Source: Candidatus Micrarchaeota archaeon (GTDB lineage: Archaea > Micrarchaeota > Micrarchaeia > Micrarchaeales > CABMGC01). From it: DNA of 64,000 nt. Under the pieces are notes generated by a model. That model was not told the DNA's origin and made no database searches. It was given only the letters and a program-made list of their open reading frames with translations. The stretch is taken from contig JAJYYF010000012.1 in assembly GCA_021801225.1 (NCBI GenBank), forward strand, positions 125,027 to 189,026, given 5' to 3'. The translations under genes were made by a program, and so were the position numbers. Positions 26,035 to 33,727 of this stretch are shown in pieces (positions within the stretch are counted from its first letter, which is position 1; the number at the start of each line of letters is the position of its first letter).

Positions 26035-27536
26035 GAAATCGCTATTTTATTAATCATACAATATGCATTTTTAAATGAATTTGTAACGGTGCTGTTATAA
26101 AACCTTAAAAACAATAAATTATTCAATGATTGTCCTAATTGATTTCCAGTGCAGATGTTTTTATTTAAGGAAGTTTTAGGTATTACAAAATATAAATTAG
26201 TATCTTCATATTGATTATTTGATATATTATATGGTATAACCTCCTCAAAAATAACAAAGTAATGATTGCTTGAATTTACATAATACATATCTCCGGTAAC
26301 TCCATTTTTATATGTTATAATATTTGGCACATTTTTATAATAATAAGAACTATTGCTGTAAGAAATTACTATCGGTTGTGTTATATTTACACCTAAAGTT
26401 GAATTTACCAATCCAATTTCATAACTTTCATTATTGTAACTTAATACTTCTTCGTTATAACCATTACTATTTATGCTGTTCAAAAGACCTTTAATTCCAA
26501 AAGTGCCATTGGAATTAAATGACATATATGGCGATACATACGTTAATTTATATGGGAAATAACTCATTAAATAAACAATAGAAAGTATTACTGCTAAAAT
26601 AATTCCTATAATTAAAAATTTATTAATTTTAATATTTTTGTTTTTTATTTTTGGAATAACTAAGCCGAATTTGCCTTGAAGCAACAAAACTATTATTACA
26701 CTCAAATAAAATAAAATAATTCCTGCAAATTCATGGAATATCGATAATGCACTAGTAGGTCCACTCAAAATCCAATCAAAAGCAATAAATGTCATTCTAA
26801 AAATATTAAGTAAAAGCATCAACACTACTCCAAAAACTATCCATTCTATTTTTTTCTTTATTTTTCCATCATAAAAAAATGCAACTGGAATTAAAAGAAA
26901 AACTATTGCTATTAATAATCCTAATCCTACACAGCTTTCACCTATTCCTATGTGATAGCCATTTGCAATTATTGTTATCGGTGCACTATAACTAATTCCT
27001 TTTAAAAAAATACTAAGAATAAAATATACAATTTTTGTATTTATTATAGTGAATAAGATATTTTGTTGAAGTATCCAAATCAAAAATAATGGAGAAGCAA
27101 AAATAGAATACAAAAAGAGCAAATAGAATTTTTTAATATTTTTAATTCCAAAAATTAAAGATATCAAAGAAATCAAAATAAGAGGTAAAATTATCAAGTC
27201 AATTCTATATGTAAAAAACAAAAAAGATAAGAAAACTCTTAAGTAAAAACTCAATAAAATTGATATTATAAATAAAATAACTCCAAAAATAACATCTCTT
27301 TTTGTTATATTTATTATAATATTCTTTTTAATATAAAAAAATCCGAAAATAGGCAACATTATAATTGGTATTATAACATATGTGGAAGGGTCTGTGTCTG
27401 TAATTGTTAAATTTGTAAAACTTAACATGTACAATATTGAGACCGCAATAAGTACTGCAAAAAACAGAAAGTTTATTGTTTTATTGTACTTCAAACACAA
27501 CACCATTTTGTCCTCAGCCGATATAGGCTTCATCAA
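26031..27536 (-). CDS. archaeosortase/exosortase-family membrane protein with about 190-aa C-terminal extracytoplasmic extension
   Basis: Multi-TM protein with the three family hallmarks in order: GESCVGLG (Cys), LLNIFRMTF (Arg) and IFHEFAGI (His). It overlaps the Nudix-UDG gene by 4 nt. Confidence 0.6.
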   Translation of the reverse strand: MMKPISAEDKMVLCLKYNKTINFLFFAVLIAVSILYMLSFTNLTITDTDPSTYVIIPIIMLPIFGFFYIKKNIIINITKRDVIFGVILFIISILLSFYLRVFLSFLFFTYRIDLIILPLILISLISLIFGIKNIKKFYLLFLYSIFASPLFLIWILQQNILFTIINTKIVYFILSIFLKGISYSAPITIIANGYHIGIGESCVGLGLLIAIVFLLIPVAFFYDGKIKKKIEWIVFGVVLMLLLNIFRMTFIAFDWILSGPTSALSIFHEFAGIILFYLSVIIVLLLQGKFGLVIPKIKNKNIKINKFLIIGIILAVILSIVYLMSYFPYKLTYVSPYMSFNSNGTFGIKGLLNSINSNGYNEEVLSYNNESYEIGLVNSTLGVNITQPIVISYSNSSYYYKNVPNIITYKNGVTGDMYYVNSSNHYFVIFEEVIPYNISNNQYEDTNLYFVIPKTSLNKNICTGNQLGQSLNNLLFLRFYNSTVTNSFKNAYCMINKIAIS

Positions 27537-27618
27537 ATTTCAGCAGTTACTCTTGTCTTCACAGGACATTACATATTTTCTCATATGTATATAAAAGTCT
27601 TTATGATAAAAAACTTAT

Positions 27619-28071
27619 ATGACAAAAAACAACAAAAAAAATTATAGATACATAAGCCATACAGCAGATATATCTTTTTTTGCATATGGCAAAAATTATA
27701 ATGAATGTTTCAAAAATTCAGCAGAAGCGATGTTTAACATTATCTTTAATTTAGAGCAATTGAAAAGTAAAAAAATTAAAAATTACGAAATAAAAATAAT
27801 CGATTCTGCAAAAACAAAAGATGATCTTTTATGGTTCTTTTTACAAGACATAATATCTAAAATATATTCAGAAAATATTTCAATATTCGGAGTGAAGAAC
27901 ATATCTATAAAAAAACAAATAAACTCTTACAAAGTAACTGCAACACTATTTTATTCTAAAAATTTTGATTATGACAACTTTTTAATGGATGTAAAAGCCG
28001 TAACTCCACATAATTTAACTATATCAAAGTATAAAAATGGGCTAAGATCGCGTATAATTTTGGATATCTAA
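27619..28071 (+). CDS. archease
   Basis: YISHTADISFFAYGKNYNECFKNSAEAMF and VKAVTPHNLTI match the archease signature (eHTAD..., KA.T.h). Confidence 0.8.
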   Translation: MTKNNKKNYRYISHTADISFFAYGKNYNECFKNSAEAMFNIIFNLEQLKSKKIKNYEIKIIDSAKTKDDLLWFFLQDIISKIYSENISIFGVKNISIKKQINSYKVTATLFYSKNFDYDNFLMDVKAVTPHNLTISKYKNGLRSRIILDI

Positions 28072-28120
28072 AGTTTTATATATCAAAAAAGTCCTTGTTT
28101 AATCACTGCGGAGTGAATTT

Positions 28121-29467
28121 ATGGATTTAGAAAGAATCATGAAACAAGAGTTATCTGAAAATATGTTTAAAATAGAAAGCACCCTTAAAGAAAACCATAA
28201 TGTGGAAACTTTACGTAAGTTGATAAGTTCTGATAAAAATGCAATAAATCTCATATTCTCAAAACCTGAACTTTTAAAATTAGTAATAAATCCAGGTCTT
28301 GGGAAAACAGTAGGTCATGAGTTAGTTCATCTAAGTTTAAACACTTCTTTTATGGCTATGAAAAAACCAGAAATTTGGGGTATAACTGATAAAAGTGGCT
28401 GGAGTATAGGTCACGAAGCAGCAAGGTCACATATAGAAGTTTCCAAAAAATTACTCGAAGATAATTATACTCAATTATTAAGTATTGAAGATAACTCAGG
28501 ATTAAGTATAGGAAAAGCAATTTATGCAGCACATAAACCTCATTTGGCAGAAGCTGAGTTGAGTAAACTTGAAAGTTGGTTGAAATCCTCAACTAATAAA
28601 AGAGCAACAATAAAAGAAGCAGCAAGAAGTGATCCGGTTCCTATTACAACTCCAAATAAAACAGAGGTAATCAATTTAACTAACTCTGATGTTATTAAAA
28701 ATATTAAAAACGAAGGTAATACTTCAGATACTACTTCAAATACAAATATAAAAATAAATAATAACGAATCAGAAAGAAATGAAATACTAACTGAACTGAA
28801 TAAATTAATCCAAAAGGGAGGAGTTAATGAAGTTAGGAAAGTAATTAGTGATGATAAGATATTTGCTAGTTATCTAGTGTCAAATAATATAGGCTTAGAT
28901 ATGGTTATAACTCCTAAGGGGAGAAAAGTTGCACATTATATAGCTGCATTATATCCTTTACTAGCAATAAAACTTATATCAAATCCTGAAACTGTAAATA
29001 TCTCAATTGATAATAACCTTTGGTCAGTTTGTCATGAAGCTGTTTTTTATCATAAAGAAGCAGCAAAATATGCAATGGATTCATCATCAGATTTATGGGG
29101 TATATCTGATATAGATGGAAAATCAGTAGGCCACGTGGCTGTCAAACAACATGAAGATATAGCTATGTTAGCATTAGCTCATACAGACTCAAAAAAATTA
29201 CTCTCTGTTGAAGATGATCATAAAAGAACTGTTGCACATATTGGTTTATACTGGTCAAGATTTTCATTAGGGGTTTTAGAAGATTCAGAGTTATACACAT
29301 TAAAAGATGATAGCAACAAACCTCTCATATTAGAAGCCGTAAGACTACACAAAAGTTCAGCTGCAAAGGTTCAAAGATACCCAACCAAATATCTCTCAAA
29401 TCTAGAAGAATCAGAAGGAAAGGAGTTATTACATATACTAAAAGCACAACTAACTCCGCATAAATAG
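28121..29467 (+). CDS. repeat protein with degenerate ankyrin-like units, internally duplicated
   Basis: At least six units of roughly 33 aa carry G-x-[ST]-[VI]-[GA]-H-x-[AV] (GKTVGHELV, GWSIGHEAA, GRKVAHYIA, LWSVCHEAV, GKSVGHVAV, KRTVAHIGL). The N- and C-halves are separated by an N/T-rich linker. Confidence 0.35.
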   Translation: MDLERIMKQELSENMFKIESTLKENHNVETLRKLISSDKNAINLIFSKPELLKLVINPGLGKTVGHELVHLSLNTSFMAMKKPEIWGITDKSGWSIGHEAARSHIEVSKKLLEDNYTQLLSIEDNSGLSIGKAIYAAHKPHLAEAELSKLESWLKSSTNKRATIKEAARSDPVPITTPNKTEVINLTNSDVIKNIKNEGNTSDTTSNTNIKINNNESERNEILTELNKLIQKGGVNEVRKVISDDKIFASYLVSNNIGLDMVITPKGRKVAHYIAALYPLLAIKLISNPETVNISIDNNLWSVCHEAVFYHKEAAKYAMDSSSDLWGISDIDGKSVGHVAVKQHEDIAMLALAHTDSKKLLSVEDDHKRTVAHIGLYWSRFSLGVLEDSELYTLKDDSNKPLILEAVRLHKSSAAKVQRYPTKYLSNLEESEGKELLHILKAQLTPHK

Positions 29468-29578
29468 TTTATTTTGTTTACAAATTCATAGCGGGAAAAC
29501 TCCTATCTTTAGATAGGAGATGAAAGCGAATGTAGAAACAAAAAGTATTAAAATATTATTTTATAAACATATATTTAG

Positions 29579-29680
29579 GTGGGTAAATTGAAAAAGTTAA
29601 AAAATATAAAAATAGAAGAAGTTTCCAGTGTTGACGACTGTCAAACAATTTTAGTAAGTTCTGCATCAGGAATAAAATAA
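29579..29680 (+). CDS. candidate small peptide ORF (33 aa from GTG, 30 aa from TTG at 29588)
   Basis: Hand translation: (VGK)LKKLKNIKIEEVSSVDDCQTILVSSASGIK. The SD-like AGGTGG sits just upstream of the TTG, and the ORF is followed by a T-rich tract. Confidence 0.3.
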   Translation: MGKLKKLKNIKIEEVSSVDDCQTILVSSASGIK

Positions 29681-29708
29681 ATATTTTTTATTTTATTTTT
29701 TATATATG
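29681..29708 (+). terminator. oligo-T tract (putative archaeal terminator)
   Basis: atattttttattttattttttata lies immediately after the small ORF. Confidence 0.3.
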
Positions 29709-29730
29709 CCTCAATATATCCAGAACTGAT

Positions 29731-30171
29731 TTGATGGTGGAGAAATTAAGTCTTTCTAGTAATAAGTTTATTGGAAATAAAGTTACTACTAGTATAGAAA
29801 AAATTCTTTTAAGAGATTCAACTAAGTTTAAATGGGATGTAGTTTCGATTGGTTTAGAAAAAAATTTACAAGGTACGGCTATACGCCATAAAGAAATTTT
29901 GCTTTATAATGCCAATATCCTTCAAAAACCATTTATATTATTAATTGAAGAGGCGGAGATGCATGAACTTGATATTAATCCAGATCTTTTTTATATGGCA
30001 GACGCTATACTTATAAAAAAAGGTAATGTTGCATCATATATGTCTTGTATAGCAAGAGAAGTTAGCATTCCTGCATTAGTAAACATTCCAATCGAAAAAA
30101 TTCCAAAAGATGCTAAACTCAATATTAAAATAGATGAAGAAGAAGGTTATGTTGAAGTGATCAGTGTTTAA
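29731..30171 (+). CDS. PEP-utilising-enzyme mobile (swivel) domain protein lacking the phospho-histidine
   Basis: LQGTAIRHKEILLY...PFILLIEEAE...ADAILIKKGNVASYMSCIAREVSIPALVNIP...YVEV aligns with the swivel domain consensus (G..TSHAAI.ARE.GIPAVV). Tyr replaces the His. Confidence 0.6.
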   Translation: MMVEKLSLSSNKFIGNKVTTSIEKILLRDSTKFKWDVVSIGLEKNLQGTAIRHKEILLYNANILQKPFILLIEEAEMHELDINPDLFYMADAILIKKGNVASYMSCIAREVSIPALVNIPIEKIPKDAKLNIKIDEEEGYVEVISV

Positions 30172-31846
30172 TATGTACAAAAAGATATCCATCAAAAAAG
30201 ATACAGTTAATATTGCAAAATATTTTATAAAACCAAAAGATACTAGAAGAATACTTATTGTAGAGGAATTTATGAAACTGGGATGGGATCCTGACGAAAT
30301 TTATGATAAACTTAGAAAAAGTATGATAAGAGATGTTTCAAAATTTAGTTATTTAGATAAAGGCCACATTTATTGTAAGAATAGATTCAATAATAAAGAA
30401 GGATTAATTTCATTTAGAGACATTTATCTCAAATTTATTGATTTTCACGATAGATTATATGATGGTGTTGAAATAGATTTTGTCAAAAAATTATTAAAAC
30501 AAAAATTCGATGAGCTTCCTGAGCAGGTTTTGAAAAATATCAAGGAGATATTATTATTAAATATTCAAATGGATAAATTATATTATGTCATAACAACTAA
30601 CTTTAAACCATTGATAAAAATAAATGTAGAACGAATAAAAACAGAAAGAAACTTTGAACACTCTGAATATTTAAATATGTATTCTCATTCTGAAGGATTG
30701 TTTGTTTCAGAATATAAAACGGCACATATGTCTTATCTTGAAGAAAATGAAAAAGATAAAAAAGAAATACAATTTAATGTATTGTTAGACAAATATCATC
30801 TAGGATCTAAGGAATTAGCAAATCAGAGATTAAAAAATAAATTCTTAAATATCCATATTAATGGATTTAGAAAAATTTCTAAAAAAACTACTGAGTTATA
30901 TAAAGATCCAGAATTAAAAGCTCTTGCAGATATAGTAAATTTTGATAATTATTTTGAATTATTACATTATACCAGACTTGAAGGAATATCTGGGGTTGGA
31001 TTAAGGTATTATCTAATGTCAGAACTAAAAAAACAAAATAAAATTAATGAAACTGATGATCTTCTGCTTCCTGAAAACGAATTAAAAATGCTTAAATTAC
31101 TTGATGATCAGATTAATAAAGTAAAAAGACGATTGTTTATCAGGACCATGTCTCTTTACAGACAAACAACTCCTGTTACTTGTGCTCCATCTAGTCTCAT
31201 GACGGTTGAAAATTATTTTAATAAAACTGCAATGACAAAAAAAAGAGAGTTAGATATCTATGAATTTATTAAAGTAGAGCAGTTAGGCGGTTCCTATGAT
31301 CCATTGCTTGCATTATTCGCCAAAAAAGAAGGTTTACAAGTTAGATTACTAATTTCCAGTAAAGAAATATTTGGTAAGTTAATTGAAATACCAGAATCAA
31401 AATTTAAGGAATTAGAAGAATCATTTGGAAATGCTCATCATGAAGTAATAGTAAAAATTATAGCTCAATATATGGATTATTTGAATAAAGCTAAGTCTGA
31501 AGGAGTAGTATGCATAAATGTTGATGTTAATACAGATATTTTAATAGAACAGATGAAAGAAGGTTATATTCCAATTCTCAATATTCTATTCGGAAAAGAA
31601 CAACATATGGTAGTAGTAACTGGTTATAATTTAGATGAAAGGATATTCTATATTTCAGATCCAATACGTGGACAGATTAAATTAACAAAAGAGCAGCTTG
31701 AGAGAGACCTGCAAATACCATGGGGCGGGATTGTTATTACTATAAGCAATTTTCTAGAACAAAAAATTATTCATGATACAATAAAGAAAGCTACTAAAGA
31801 ATTAGTAGAACTAGAAAGGTCTATCAACTATTTTCATGATACTTAA
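30164..31846 (+). CDS. two-domain protein: unknown N-terminal about 330 aa plus C-terminal C39-like (papain-fold) cysteine peptidase domain
   Basis: Cys motif TTPVTCAPSSLMTVENYF and His motif EQHMVVVTGYNLDERIFYISDP. The likely ATG is at 30173, 2 nt after the upstream stop. Confidence 0.55.
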   Translation: MFNMYKKISIKKDTVNIAKYFIKPKDTRRILIVEEFMKLGWDPDEIYDKLRKSMIRDVSKFSYLDKGHIYCKNRFNNKEGLISFRDIYLKFIDFHDRLYDGVEIDFVKKLLKQKFDELPEQVLKNIKEILLLNIQMDKLYYVITTNFKPLIKINVERIKTERNFEHSEYLNMYSHSEGLFVSEYKTAHMSYLEENEKDKKEIQFNVLLDKYHLGSKELANQRLKNKFLNIHINGFRKISKKTTELYKDPELKALADIVNFDNYFELLHYTRLEGISGVGLRYYLMSELKKQNKINETDDLLLPENELKMLKLLDDQINKVKRRLFIRTMSLYRQTTPVTCAPSSLMTVENYFNKTAMTKKRELDIYEFIKVEQLGGSYDPLLALFAKKEGLQVRLLISSKEIFGKLIEIPESKFKELEESFGNAHHEVIVKIIAQYMDYLNKAKSEGVVCINVDVNTDILIEQMKEGYIPILNILFGKEQHMVVVTGYNLDERIFYISDPIRGQIKLTKEQLERDLQIPWGGIVITISNFLEQKIIHDTIKKATKELVELERSINYFHDT

Positions 31847-31953
31847 ATGAAAAAAGAACATTTTGTACATGTAATAAAAAATAATCAGAAACTAATTAAC
31901 AAAATTGGGTTTATTAGCAAAGAAGTGTAGTGATATGAACTACCATTACGTAA

Positions 31954-32024
31954 AGCCAGGAGAGGGAATTGAACCCCCCTTCTCCGCTCTGCAGGCGGAC
32001 GCATAGCCAATCTGCCATCCTGGC
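31954..32024 (-). tRNA. tRNA-Cys: tRNA-Cys(GCA), no intron
   Basis: Acceptor GCCAGGA/TCCTGGC; anticodon stem TCCGC/GCGGA; loop CTGCAGA; T arm GGGGG-TTCAATT-CCCTC; discriminator T (U73, the Cys identity element). Confidence 0.85.
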
Positions 32025-32118
32025 ACATTTAATATCTATATAAACTTTACAGTGATTTATCTTTATTTTTAGATAGGTATTTAAAATATAAATATGTAGA
32101 TATTTAAATGGTGTGTAA

Positions 32119-33252
32119 ATGAAACAAGCATTTGAAGTATTACCCAAGGACTTTGTATCTGAAGCGTCTTATTTTAATCACAGTCAGGAACTAACCTCAG
32201 CAATTCCTACAATAACCAAAAGCGGCGCAATAGTTGTAATGAAAGATAAAGAATATTATGGAATTGTAGACGATAGAGCAATATATCGTTCAACTCAAAA
32301 AATAAATAAAAATGTAAAATTAGGTTCATTCGCAGTTAAACTTCCACAATTAGAGGATCAAACAAGTATAGATAAAGCGATTTATTTATTTTATACCTCT
32401 CAGGCAAAAGTACTTCCTTATATTTCAAATAATAAAGTGATAGGAATAGTAAAAAGAGAAACAATACTAAAAGCAATATTGTCTCTTCACCTAATCTCAA
32501 AACTTCGTGTTAAAGATATAATGTCCTCTCCGGTAATTGCAGTTGATACTTCATCATCAATACCTAATACAAAAGCATTCATGCAAAAAAATAAAATAAA
32601 CAGGGTTGTTGTTACATCAAATGGGAGAACAGAAGGTATCTTGACATATAGAGATATAATCAACAATACAATCAGAACTCCAAAAAAACATACAAAAAAT
32701 TCAATACCTGACAATACTAACAAGACCTCTGTTGAATCTATATACTCACAAAATCCTTTTACAATAAATTATAATGAGAGAGTAGATGATGCATTACGTT
32801 TAATGATAGAAAAAAACATCTCCTCAGTTCTGGTAAATAGAAGTGATAAAACCGTAGGTATACTCACAACAAAAGATGTTCTAGAATCAATTGTTAAAAG
32901 TTCTGGGATACTTCCTGATAACATAGTAATATTTGGTTTAGATACCTATACTAAAGAATATGAATCAGAGATAAGGGACGAACTGGAAAAAATGTATGAT
33001 AAGATAGAAAAATTTCATAAGATAAATGTTGAACATATATCTCTTAATGTTAAAAGACACAAAAGTAAAAATTACGAGTTACATATGCGAGTCTGGTTAG
33101 GGAAAAGAGGTGTGGTATCACATGGTCTGACAGGTTTTTCTTTGGATAAAACACTTTCTGAATTAATAAAAACAGTTTACGATACAATAAAAAAGAAAAA
33201 AGAAATAATATATATGAAAAAGGAAGCTATAGGAAGATATAATGAAGAATAA
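32119..33252 (+). CDS. CBS-domain protein (two CBS pairs) with extra C-terminal domain
   Basis: Repeated CBS units (e.g. VKDIMSSPVIAVDTSSSIPNTKAFMQKNKINRVVVTSNGRTEGILTYRDIIN). The 3' end overlaps the first pilin-like gene by 11 nt. Confidence 0.7.
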   Translation: MKQAFEVLPKDFVSEASYFNHSQELTSAIPTITKSGAIVVMKDKEYYGIVDDRAIYRSTQKINKNVKLGSFAVKLPQLEDQTSIDKAIYLFYTSQAKVLPYISNNKVIGIVKRETILKAILSLHLISKLRVKDIMSSPVIAVDTSSSIPNTKAFMQKNKINRVVVTSNGRTEGILTYRDIINNTIRTPKKHTKNSIPDNTNKTSVESIYSQNPFTINYNERVDDALRLMIEKNISSVLVNRSDKTVGILTTKDVLESIVKSSGILPDNIVIFGLDTYTKEYESEIRDELEKMYDKIEKFHKINVEHISLNVKRHKSKNYELHMRVWLGKRGVVSHGLTGFSLDKTLSELIKTVYDTIKKKKEIIYMKKEAIGRYNEE

Positions 33253-33715
33253 GAAAGCATTAAAACTTCAATCAAGTTTTGAGTTATTGGTAACGCTTTC
33301 AATAGGTTTAGCAATACTGCTACCTGTTGTAATTATTGCTTTTATTCAATTGTCTAATGCTAATGTTTCTATAAGCTCAATACAATCACAGCAAGCAGCA
33401 TCAAAGTTAGTAAGTGTTGCTACAACAATAGGATCACAGGGTCCTCCTGCAAAACAACTAGTCCAAATACAAATACCTCCAGATGTTGAAAATATCTATG
33501 TAGGGAATGAACAAAATGGAGTTGGCCATATAATTATATTTGTAATAAGAGCTTCAAATGGGCCTAGTTATATAACTGAGTATACTCCAACTAATGTAAG
33601 TGGTAATTTAGGAGGAATAATAAATCCAGGTACATATTTAGTTAACTTAACTGCAGAATCAGTATGTCCTTCAAATCCCTCATTTAGTTGTGTTTTTATG
33701 ACCCCAGTGGTATAA
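33242..33715 (+). CDS. type IV pilin-like protein (class III signal peptide)
   Basis: N-terminus KALKLQSSFELLVTLSIGLAILLPVVIIAF is a basic stretch, a KLQS cleavage-like motif and a hydrophobic helix. Confidence 0.65.
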   Translation: MKNKKALKLQSSFELLVTLSIGLAILLPVVIIAFIQLSNANVSISSIQSQQAASKLVSVATTIGSQGPPAKQLVQIQIPPDVENIYVGNEQNGVGHIIIFVIRASNGPSYITEYTPTNVSGNLGGIINPGTYLVNLTAESVCPSNPSFSCVFMTPVV

Positions 33716-33727
33716 ATATTTGATATT

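Noticed and set aside
26031-27536. Possibility that this multi-TM protein is the missing prepilin peptidase (PibD/FlaK type)
   Set aside because: I could not find the two-Asp aspartyl-protease motifs. The ordered Cys, Arg and His motifs fit the exosortase/archaeosortase family instead.
29494-29520. Perfect 8-bp hairpin CTCCTATC-TTTA-GATAGGAG downstream of the ankyrin-like gene
   Set aside because: It is most simply a transcript 3'-end stem-loop. It is too short and isolated to call an RNA gene.
31914-32147. 77-aa minus-strand ORF
   Set aside because: It completely overlaps the well-folded tRNA-Cys(GCA) gene and its flanks; the translation has no protein-like features.
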